From assembly GCF_009914755.1 (NCBI RefSeq), contig NC_060926.1: DNA of 64,000 bases, one strand, 5' to 3'. Below the pieces are notes generated by a model. That model made no database searches. It had not been told where the DNA came from and saw only the letters and a program-made list of their open reading frames with translations. Positions 53,101 through 64,000 of the stretch are shown piece after piece (the stretch's first letter is position 1; each line of letters opens with the position of its first letter). The position numbers and the translations under genes were made by a program. Source of the stretch: the human T2T-CHM13v2.0 reference genome, Homo sapiens.

Positions 53101-56100
53101 GTCCCTTAATGGGGGGAAACTGGCTGAACTAACAGCTGAGACCCATGAGCTTGGAGTCCAGGGTTCAGGGTACCCAGTGAGACCCTGCATCCAGAGATTT
53201 TGAAGCCTTAGCTGAAAATCACATCTATCTTTTAATCACCACATGGTCTTGAAAAGGAAGCTCATTAAACATAAATATTTTAAAATTCTTGTAAGATAGA
53301 CTGTACCTTTATTTTGGGAAAACAGCCAAATTGGCTGTTTTATTGGTAAAGGATTTAGTTTAATTTAGAGATATTTACATTTTCTACTATATCCCCAATC
53401 TTTAAGGTTCATTAAAAATCATTTAATAATTGACATTTTGGTAATGTTTTCCAATTTAAAAAACAATTTTGCAAATGGCCGTTGCATTTAGTGCTCACAT
53501 TTTCTGATATAGGTAATAATAGAAATACCTAGTGTTTAGCATGTTATGATGCAAAGCACTTTGATTTATGTGCATGATCTCATTTGATATCCATATTCTG
53601 GCTATTCATTTCCATGAGACTCACACTTCAGTAAAAGCCGCCGTTCTCCGTATGTGATGTCCCGGCTCACATTTCTATGTCTGTGTGAGTGTAATCTGAA
53701 CATCACATACAGGCTCACATCTTCACGTGGATGCATGCATCACGTTCTGTCTGGAACTTCCTTCCTGTCTTATCCCACTGAGGAATTTCTACTTCCCTTC
53801 ACCCTGTGAGTAGACTTTGTACCTCTCTTAGAAGAAAATGAGGCCGAGATGAGTTTAGGGAAGAGTCCGAGGGGAATGTGCCTGAACCGTTTGTTCCTCC
53901 AGCGTGTGGGCGGCCAAGGTGTCCTGTTGGCCCCATAGGGTTTAAACCACAGTTTGGTGGCCATGGCTCTGTCTCCACTCAGCGGGCATCTCCCAAGTCC
54001 TGCGCTGAGCTATCCACAGTCCTGTTCTTTGGTATCTATAGTTCCATCCCTGAATGAAAAGCACACAACTTCCTAGAAGCAAACAAATGAACACAAAAAC
54101 AGCCAGTTTCATTCCTGCAAGACCCCTGCTGCTGGAAGGAAAACCCGAAATGCCTTTGGTTTATGCAGAGACATTCCAGTTGAGTTTTTTCGGGTGCATT
54201 TTTTACAGTTACCCAGCTGCTGACAGCTCATTTTCCCCTCTACCCCCCTCCACCCCAAGCCATCAGCCCCACTCCTTGCCTTCCTCTGCCTGTTCCCGGC
54301 TCCATCATTCTGCTCGGCACCCAGAATCCCCGGATCCACGCTGGACACTGCACACACCTTCTCCCTCATCTGCCAGTCAGCAAGCCTTGGAGATTCTGAG
54401 CTGATTGATTTCCATGTCTTCCCCCTCCCCAGCCAAGAACATAAGCACGATTTTCTGTCCCTTGGTCTCCCCTCAACAGCCCCTATCGCATGGCTATGAT
54501 CAAGAATTGAATTTTGGGTTATGATGAATATGTTTTCTTTGATCTTAGCTTTTTTAAAAAAGACAACACAAATTGGTCCTTGTATTTGGTCACCTTTACT
54601 TCACGTCATTCTCATAGCAACTCCTGGATTCGCTGTTCCTTTTATTTAACCACGTCCTCTAAAAATTTTCTTGGCGTGGGTGTCTGTGTGGCGAATCTCC
54701 TGAGGCCTTGTAAGCCTGAGGACATTCTAATCTTGTCCTTTCTGTTTACGTGAGGGTCTGGCTGGCTTTAATGTTCTTTCCTTCTAGATTTTGAAAATAT
54801 CACCGTCTTTCCTGTCTGTGTTGCTGCTGAAAGGCCCCGGTTGGTCCTGTCCTGCCGGGCGGTATGGCCAGGTCTTTCTCCCCAGTGCCTTTAGGATGCT
54901 GTCTGTGACCTTGGGTGTCGCACTCAGATGTCTGCCGGCGAGTTTTCCTGCAGTTTCTGTTCTTTGGCATCCATGGACTCTTTTACCTGTGGCTTGTCCT
55001 CTTTCCTCAATTCCAGGAAATTAATTTTCATGATTTCTGTACATATTTCCTCCTTCCACTCTTACTGTAACTTCCTTTTGAAATTCTTTTCACCGGTGTC
55101 GGCACATCTGCTCACCCTCATCTCTCAGCTCTTCTTCTGCAGATCCTGTTTCTTTCTTCCTCCCTGCTTTCCTCTAAGGGCATTCCTCAGTTTTACCTCC
55201 AAACAGCAGCTTGCACCTGCTCCATGTCCATTCTACGACTCACCCCTATTGTGATCTTTCTTTCCACGACTTGTGTTTCACATCAGTATTTCTACTTGCT
55301 TCTGTTTTATGGTTTCATATTCTTGTTTCATACCGGCAATATCTGCCATCTCTTTGATGGCATTTTTCATATTTGTGTGTGAATTCTTGGTCTGTCTGTT
55401 CCCACCCTTCAAAGCCTTGCTGTTTGGCCCCCGGGAGCAGTTGCTTTGGGGGTGCCCTCTCCTTAGGACCATCGTCAGTCCCCCACTTCCCTAGTGAGGC
55501 TTCTGCATGTTCCTGATTTACTCCTGGGGATTCTGGCACTGGCTGTCCAAGTCCACCAAAGGGGACTGACTGTCCCCAGGCCCCAGCGGGAGGAGAACAG
55601 AATTCCAAGCATTGGGTTTCCCATGGAAGCCTCTGCTCCAGGTGGGCCCACCAGCTCCCCAGGTGCAGCTCCGCCATGCCTCTCCCAGGTTCCTGTCTTG
55701 ACGCCTCCAGGGTCGGTCTCAGGCAGCAGCTCTCGGGATGGGACCCAGGAGAAGCAGCAGCTTGTCAGCCAGGAGCTTGTTAGAAATGCCACACACAGGC
55801 CTTATCCAGGCCTCCTGAGCTGGGAGCTCTGCAGTGGGGCCCAGAACTCTGAAGCTGACCCTCTGGGCAGCTCTGACGCCCAGCTCTGCGGAGGGATAGG
55901 TTCTATAGATTCCTCCTTTCCATGCCCCCTGCATTTCTTCTCTTCTTCTGCTCCTGCACTTCCTGCCCTAATTCATTCCTTCCTCTCAGGCTCTTGCAGA
56001 AGCTCTGAGCCTCCTCCCACAGGGGCAATTCTTCCTCAGTCACATCCTGGCCACAGCTGCCTGCTCACTAGTGCTAAAACATAGCCCTTATCCTCTCTTC

Positions 56101-57004
56101 CTTGGAAATCTTCATTCTGATGAAATTAATGATAAATGCTCCTCCCCGGAATTCAAGGCCCTTTGGAAACTGCCCCTGTCCTGCACAGTCACAGCTGTGC
56201 CTGCACCTCACCCTCAGTGACTGTCAGTTCCCCTCCTCGCCCTGGGTTCTGGCCTTTTTACAGCACCGTACATGATGAAATCCCACCTACCCTGCCGACC
56301 CTGTTGCAAGTTCCTCCAGCTCTGTGAAGCCTGCAGCTGGGTTCAGCCTTTCTCCTCTTGGGACCCCAGCCCTTTGCACTTCTCTTGTCATATTTAGCTT
56401 TGTAGGCTTTTGTGTGCTTCCTGACTTTGGGGAGGCAGAGACTTTCTTTTGCTTATTTTTATCTAATGCATTGCCTACCTCATTGTCTTATGCATATAGA
56501 GGCTCAGGATTGAGTTAATTGTATCATTTCTTAAATAAACTAGTGAAGGAGTACCTGCTGAAAAGGATTACTGAGTAAAAAGTAGACTAATATTAGTCTT
56601 TTGGTGCTTATAAAAATGCATATTATTTGCTAATAAATCCTGGTTTGTTTTCCAAGTATTGTTATAACAATGTGGGCCAATTTGTATTAATTTTAGCTGT
56701 TATTAGTTAAAATTAATTGAACACTAACCAAGAGTGTAACATGGTTCTCAAGAGCCTATGAGCACTTGTATATAATTAAAAATACACTTTAATTAAAAAA
56801 TCTAAAAGTGGAAAGCAAGTCTAATCCTGGAAGAGCAGTTCCCGTCGGGTTTAATTGGCCCGTTTGGATAACACGTGCTTACGATGAGCACTGTTTCTCC
56901 AGCGGTCCATGCACTAGTCATGTCATAGTGTATGCACAAATACCCCAAGCCCTATGCTACTGGTCCTCAAGTCTCTATCTCATTTCTTCTTTCTGTTTTT
57001 ACAG

Positions 57005-57142
57005 ATTATTTACAATGAATGGGCATCTTTTGGGTGACTCAAAGGATTTGCAAGACAATCACTTTTATGTTGCTGTGGGACTGGAGACCTTCAAATATTT
57101 TCCTTACTGGAAGTCTCCAAGGGTGCCCAGTGAGGTCCAACA
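57005..57142 (+). CDS. DCDC2C: DCDC2C exon 5 (second half of DCX domain 2: LFTMNGHLLG...FYVAVGLETFK...EVQ-Q)
   Basis: Acceptor tttctgtttttacag|, donor CA|gtgagt; 138 nt, phase 2 to 2; DCX motifs LFT and YVAVG-E-FK. Confidence 0.95.
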
Positions 57143-58833
57143 GTGAGTATGCTTCGTACCTTTCTTTCCTGAGTTTTGGAAAAAAATTAGCCTTTTCCCC
57201 AGTATCTCTCCCAAATAGGTCCAGTTCAGCTATTGGTTATTTTTCAGTAGTGAAATGTAATATTCTTATTTAATGTATGATACAATTTTAGATTTTAAAA
57301 ATGAGGCGTGGGGGAACTGCTCTTGTATGATGTATTCACAAGGACAGCAAGATCTACACAGAGTCCACTGCTTTTCTCTGGGATACCAGGAGTCTTAGAG
57401 ATCAGGAGTTGAAATGTGCAACAGCTTCAGAGCTGATTCTAGGCACAGTTATGCCTGCCTGTGATGCACCCAGCATGATGCTTTGTTTTCTTAATTTGGC
57501 ATGCTTCCCCATATCTAAAATACAGAATTTGTGCTGGGTGTCAGTCTCTCCTGGTGAAAAAAGCCATGATTTTTGTAGTAATCTGGGCATGGCTATGCGG
57601 GTGCCACACTGTGTGTGTGTTTATGGACATGAAGCAGTGACCAGGAGGGAGGTGAAGGGTGCTGAGATGGGTGGTTCCGAAGCCCATCTGTGGGATTCTT
57701 CATCCTCAATTGTTTAGCCCTGACGGGTGTGTTTGAAATGCATTTCGTGTAGGACATGACTTGAGGGCTTACTAGGAACTTTCCTGGAGCTAGTTCTTTG
57801 TCAAGTTTTCAATGATCATTATCTCGAGCAAAGAAAAAGAGCTGCCATTTTTCATCTTATGGTGGAGCAGGACAGATGGTTTGAACACCATGCAGGTGGC
57901 CAGCCTTCCTCTATCCTTTAGGTTTTGTGGTACCAGATGTGACAGTAAGGCAGCACATCAGCACGAGTGCTTGAACCTCCACTGAGGGCGCAGCGTCCGG
58001 GATGGCCTCCTCCTATTCTGGTTCACGTGCTGCTAGGGTTTGTACCTCAAGGCAGAGAAAGGCTCCCTTTGTCCTGTCTGCCAAGGACGACCCCACAGCA
58101 GTTTGATATCCAGGCAGATGGTTAGGTTAGAGTCCCACCTGTATGCCTGGCACACATGGATATTTCTTGATTTTATTGACTTAATTCGTGCTAATAGTCC
58201 TAATAGCACAGTGAGGAGGAACACTGTGGGGCTGTGGAGTTGAGTCGTTCTTTCTATCTGCCCCCTACGTGTTTCCCACCTCTCAGTGTGTTTTGCTTTT
58301 TGCCATTATCTGTTCATTGGGAAGCCCTGACCGGGTCTGACTGGCTTAAATATCTTTTCCCCTTGCCGAAGTTGTTGAGTTTAGGGTCAACAGGAGGCCA
58401 CATGCAATCACTCAGAGACTGAAGTTCATGCAGCTTACACAGAATAGACCAAGGAGGTGCTCTGAATTTGCAGAGAATCCTGGGATAGAAGCATTTCCAA
58501 ATTTGAGAGGCAGCTATTGGAGAAAGCCTCACTAAAGAGGAATTAGAAATGGGATGCCTGCACTTGCAAAGGCAGCAGGTAGACAGGGGCTGTTTACTGT
58601 GGTAGAAGGAGGATGGGCTATCTGATCTGCAGGAAGGAAATTGAACAGATTCCTGGGGCGTTTTCTGCTCCCAAAGCTGGGAAATCATTGTTGCCATGAG
58701 CCGTGTCCTCTGTGGACAGCTTGCTCCTCCTCGTGGTCACTTCCCTCCTAAAGACAAGGCTGCAGTCTGCATTTTATAGAGATAACTTAGGGCCGGGCTT
58801 TACATTTCAAGTTGAACATCTTTTGTCTTGCAG

Positions 58834-58876
58834 AAGGTATGCGAATGTTGAAAAAAACTCACAGAGAAAGAAAAAA
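58834..58876 (+). CDS. DCDC2C: DCDC2C exon 6 (RYANVEKNSQRKKK)
   Basis: Acceptor cttttgtcttgcag|, donor AAA|gtaagt; 43 nt, phase 2 to 0, in frame (cumulative CDS 726 nt). Confidence 0.85.
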
Positions 58877-59292
58877 GTAAGTAACTTTTTAAAACAAGTA
58901 AGTAACTTGTTTCTGATTCTGGCGTCTTCTGGCATTAACAAGGGCACAGCGCAGGGTGACGGCCCGAGCTGTAAACAGAGCATCAGTGCCAGGGCCTGGG
59001 CCAGCATCAGTGCCAGGCTTATAAGGAAAAATCAGATGCACTTCTGAGAATGGTGTGAGTAGGAGAGGAAGTTTATGTTTGGAACACAGAGTCCAGAGCT
59101 AAGAGACACACATAGGTATTTATAATGCAACCCAGTAGGTGTGAAGACAAAAATATATTTGGACTTTTACGGGACAGGGAGGAGAGTAACTGACTCAAGC
59201 TTGGCATGAGTGGCAGTGGGCTCTGGCGGGGGGTGGGAGGAGGACATTCCAGGCAGATGTGACAGTAAGGCAGCAGTGGGAGAAGCAGCTCA

Positions 59293-60340
59293 CTGCATGC
59301 ACATGTGCGTGTGTGTGAATACATATGTGTGTGTATGTACTGGTGCATGTGTGTGTATAAATACATGTGTGTGGAGGCATGTGTGTGTATGTATGGATGC
59401 ATGTGTATGTATGGATGCATGTGTGTGTATGGATGCATATGTGTGCATGGGTGCATATGATGTGTGCATGATGTGTATATGATGTGCATATGATGGGTAC
59501 ACGTGTGTACATGGATGCATGTGTATGTGGATGCATGTGTGTGCATATGAATACATGTTTGCATACGTGCACATGCATGTATAGATGCATATGTGTGTAT
59601 GCATGTGTGTATGGGTGCATGTGTATGTATGAATGCACATATGTATGTATTTAAATACATGTGTGTATGGAGGCATGCATGTGTATGTATGAATGCATGT
59701 GTGTGTATGGAGACATATGTGTGCATGTGTACACAGGAGTACACGTGTGTATGAATGCACATGCATGTGCGTATGTATGAATGTGTAGGGATGTATGTGT
59801 GTGCATATGACTATGTGTGTGTACATATGGATGTATATGTGTGTATGCATGTGTGTATGGATGCATATGTGTGTGCCTATGACTACATATGTGTGTGTAC
59901 ATATGGATGCATATGTGTGTGGATGTGTGTATGGATGCATATATGTTGTATGGATATGTTGCCTGCATATGTTGTATGGATGTGTGTATGGATGCATATG
60001 TGTTGGTGTATAAATACATATGTATGTTTGGAGGTGTGTATATGGATACATATGTGTGCATGTGTGCATGAGTACATATGTGTATGTATGGATGCATATG
60101 CATATGGATGCATATGTGTGCATGTGTGCATATGAATACATGTGTATGTATGTATTCACATGCATATGTGTGTATGGATGGATACACGTGTATAGAGGCA
60201 TATGTTTTTGTGGATGCATACATGGGTATTCATATGGAAACATTTGTGTGTGTAGATGCACGTGTGTGTATGGATGCATGTGTGTGTGGATGCCTGTGTA
60301 CCTATGTGTATGGATGCATATGTGTGTGTGTGTGTGTGTG
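59293..60340. repeat. ~1 kb complex (TG/TA/CA) alternating purine-pyrimidine repeat
   Basis: Degenerate units such as GTGTGTATGGATGCAT, ending in a pure (TG)n run. Confidence 0.93.
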
Positions 60341-62849
60341 CTGATCACACAGTTTGAAGTTGCAGCATAAAGCATGAGGAATAATGACAAGGAGGTATCA
60401 GGATACAGGACCAGGAAGATTTGCAGAAGCTGGGTCCTAGAGGGGCTTACCAGTCCTTGTAACTGTTTACGTGATCCTCCTATATCCCTGATCATCCTAC
60501 AAATACTGCCTTTTAGTGGTTCTATTGACATTAATATTTATTTGACAAAGCTATTGAACACGTACTCTTTCCAGTGCCTGTCTGCCTGGCTCACTGGCTC
60601 AAGTCCCCTCCCTACTGTGACACACTGGCTTTGAGGGTCGGCATTGTCCTGGTCTTTTCTTTCCCAGTAACTAACAGATAGCCCTGGGCTTTGCTTTTCT
60701 GCTGTTGCAGCTCAGATTTCATGATTGCCATTTTAATCACTCCCTGCAAATAGCTTTGACTTTCTCACCTGCGAGCCACTGTGTGCACCTGGCAAGTGTT
60801 CAGCCCTGGGTGAGCCCAGCCTGCACTTCCTCTGCACTTGCACTAATGCAGCGTGGTGTTGTTGGAAATAATGACACTGCTGACCCGAGTCTTCATGCCG
60901 AGTTCACGGCCACGGTCCTTATCCAACTTCATTCACTGATTAAGCCTGATGTTTTAAAAAATGTTTTTCTGAATATGTTTTGCCAGGTTTTATTGGAGAT
61001 TTCTGCATGTCTGCTCATGAGTGAGCTTAGCCTGTCTGACTTCTTTCTCATGTTGTCCTTCTCTGGCTTTTGTTGCCAAGGCTTTTCTTCTGAATTGACT
61101 CTTATTATTTTTTGTAGCTTCTTGAGTTGAATGATCGCCTTATTTATTTTAGATTTTCTTTCTCTAAGAAACACATTTTCGTATTAGGTGTTTGTTGAAT
61201 GGATGAATGATGATCACTGAGATTACAAAAATGATATGCCTTACTCCATTGTTCCATATATAAAGGTCTGCATCTGTAAAGATGTATTATCTTAAAACTC
61301 AGTATTAATTTTTTTTGGCCTCATTTTGAAGAGTGGGTGTGTTTCTAAGAATGAAAAGAATTCCACACACAGGGCTTCTCTGAGGCTGGAATTTATGATG
61401 ATTTGCAGCAACTTAGCCATTTATGATAAATGTGTTTGTTTCTTTACTTGCTTGCCCCAGGTTTTCCATTTCTAACTTGTTAAACCTTTTATCTATTTTC
61501 TATGTGAATTGCCACAACATCTTTTTGGAAAAGAAGGTACAAAATTAAAAAAAAATACAGGCGTGCTCTTCATTAAGATATTGCCTTGTGGAATGTGGGG
61601 GGCTGTTGGGACCCTTGGTGCTGTGCACATTCTAATAACATCAGCCAATCAAAGTATCAGCTTTCTTTAAAATCAGATGCTGGATTTTCTTTTAAATTTG
61701 CAAGCTTAAAAAAAAGTACCTAGAATACAAAACAGAAAGTCTTTCTTGACCCTTCAATGAACATATCACAAACATGACCTAGAACTTGTGACCCACAGGA
61801 TATCAGGCCGGAATGGGGCACTCATTGATTCATCTGGTCGTCCATGAGGCCGTGGTGAGGTGTTGGCAGCATGCTAAGCACACTCCGCTAGCACGAGACA
61901 CAAAGATGAGTGGAGTGTAAGTTTCCACGACTGGAGAAGGCAGAGTGTCGATAAGCATGGGCGTAACCCTAGCAGACCTCACCCAGCCCTCCTGCTCAGT
62001 AAATTAAATCCCAGTAATTAAATCACCCCAGATGCCACCAGCACCAACCTCCCCATCTCCACAGTTCCAACAGATCATTGACGCCTCTCCTATAAGCTGT
62101 TTAACTTCCACATCTGCCTATGTCTCCCCATCAACACTGCCCAATGGAGTCAGGAAGAAACACCTGATACCTATGGGGGGAAAGCACTGTGAGAGTGGGC
62201 ACGTAGGGGTCAGGGGAGCTGGGCTCCCCAGGAAGATGTTTTTATTTGCAGGGATCCAGATTTAAGCAAGGGAGTACAATGGACTATATCTACTTGATAC
62301 TCATTACTACTGATGGAATAAATTGTATGGACTGAAAAGGGAGCAAAATAGACAGAGAAGGGCTGGTCCTGAAAAACTGTGACATTCCCAGTGAGGTGAC
62401 AGGTGGAGCAGAACAGTGGGACTTGAGAGATGCTGTGTATCATTGATTCTATGGAGGGCATGTTCCCACATCCCGACATCCCTGGAACAGGTGCATCTGA
62501 CGTCGACAGCGTCTCAGGACTCCTGTGGGCAGCCATGTTGTAGGTGCTAGTTGCTCATGGATAAACTTGGCTGTAGCTGCTCATTTGACTGTGTCTTCAA
62601 TTGAATTGTGTGTGGGGTTGATTCTGTACATGTTGAGCTTAACTGCTGTGTAAAATATCCTCAAAATGATTTTTCTGTGAGAATTGAAACAAAAAGTTAT
62701 TATATACACGGAAAGACCTAAAAGTAGAACATCACGATGCAAATTTGCTATCAATTGAGTATATTCTTCTTCGATTCCATCTATTCTTGCAGAGTGACAG
62801 CCAGCTCTTGTGTAGGACCTGAGACAGGGAGGTCGACACACAAAGTTGC

Positions 62850-63330
62850 AGCTGCCAGCGTCAGTGATCTGCGTGGTATAACAAACCACCCCCAAACCCA
62901 GGTGCTTCAGGCAACAAGGGTTTATGATTTCTCTAAGTCCGGTGGGTTGGCTGCACAGGTCTTGGGCTGGTTTCACCTTGGTTGCTTATGAGGCTGTGTT
63001 CAGCGGAAGGTTCGCTGGATTGGGATGTCCAAGCTGGCCTCACTAACACATCTGGCCGCTAGTGCTGGTTGTTGAGCATTTTGGTTCACTTCCATGTGGC
63101 CTCTCATCTTCCAGCAGGATGTCACAAACTAGCCTAGATTTCAGGAGGTGGAGAAATAGGCTCTCCCTCAACAGAGAAGCACAGAAGAGCCGATTCACTT
63201 TGCAAACCTGTGTGCAGCCTGAGAGGGGAGGGCTGTGTGGCCAGCAAGCAACCAACCACACTCGCATGTGTTTTGTTCCTGAGAGTGGTGCAAAAGGATT
63301 GCCTTCGACTCTGCAGGGCTGAAGCACCAG
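62850..63330 (-). mobile_element. Old MLT1-type MaLR LTR
   Basis: TATAACAAACCACCCCCAAACCCAGGTGCTT...GGATGTCCAAGCTGGCCTCACT...CCATGTGGCCTCTCATC. Boundaries approximate. Confidence 0.6.
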
Positions 63331-64000
63331 CACCAAAATGTGCAGTTCAGGTACCAACGGCTCAGGGGCAATTCAGAGATGAGGGCGGGGCATCCTTCCC
63401 ACGCTGCATGCAGAAGCACTGATGCCTTTGACTCGGAGTCAAAAAGTGTCTCAGAAGAGTCAGACTCTGGATGTAAAATCTTGGAGGGTATTCAGGTGAT
63501 TTGTTTCTGTTATTTTCTCATTTTTCTTTATGTACAAGCATGCTATGTCATAAAAATGGGTGTCTAAATGGTTCTAGAAGGGCTTCTTCAGTAAGTAGAA
63601 AATAGAACTTCTAGGAAATTAAAGCATGCTGACATATTTTAAATGGCACTTCCTTTCTTTCTTAGTGGTATATAAAATAGCTACGTGTTTGCAGTATGAT
63701 TCATGGAATCTTGATTCAAAGACGTGAGATGGAGAATAACAGAGAGTAATGTAGCACCTCGAGATGACTGTGGAGGACGTGGGAGAAGTCAAGACCGACC
63801 TCAGGATTCCAGGGATGGCGGGAGGGTGGTGCATTCAGGAGCCAGGATCAGGTCTGCAGGAGGAGGAAGCAGGACTTTGGGTTGCACATTTGTGTGAGAA
63901 GTTGCTTTGCTCTAGACGAGCACATTTATTACATGAGAGTGAAGGGAGGCATGAGAGATAATATCCATGCATAAAAGTATTTTCGATGTCAAGTCAAATT

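Noticed and set aside
58979-59017. 15-bp repeat AGCATCAGTGCCAGG at 24-bp spacing, and similar small duplications near 37378 and 48230
   Set aside because: Ordinary slippage micro-duplications with no evident consequence.
59073-60531. His/Thr/Cys/Met-rich ORFs up to 413 aa
   Set aside because: Translations of the TG/CA simple repeat.

Overview
Primate (almost certainly human) genomic DNA that I recognise as the ALLC-DCDC2C locus on chr2p25. The + strand carries the last three coding exons and poly(A) signal of ALLC (allantoicase; 1-35, 4087-4208, 4935-5135). About 1.1 kb further on, a CpG island holds the start of DCDC2C (doublecortin-domain protein). Its coding exons 1-6 (6324-6610, 11109-11160, 31245-31321, 46162-46290, 57005-57142, 58834-58876) splice in frame into 242 codons covering both DCX domains, and the gene continues beyond the window. 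The rest is intronic: Alu, L1, L2, solo LTRs with intact target-site duplications (LTR12-like, THE1, LTR3/HML-6-like), an LTR1-like LTR, and a decayed class I ERV (pro-pol-env-PPT-LTR, minus strand) carrying nested insertions. It also holds a G-rich minisatellite, a ~2.2 kb 44-bp VNTR and a ~1 kb alternating purine-pyrimidine repeat. I see no evidence for a wholly new gene system; the long ORFs in the track come from repeats or high GC. The most unexplained structures are: a 1.65 kb scrambled L1 module bounded by an 88-bp inverted duplication of unique DNA; a 206-bp non-tandem duplication spanning an LTR/flank junction; and a cluster around the 43-nt exon 6 (duplicated in-frame donor, NAGNAG acceptor, a perfect 22-bp flanking direct repeat and ~20 TGCATG motifs). 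Repeat subfamily names come from memory of consensus sequences, and boundaries without TSDs are approximate.
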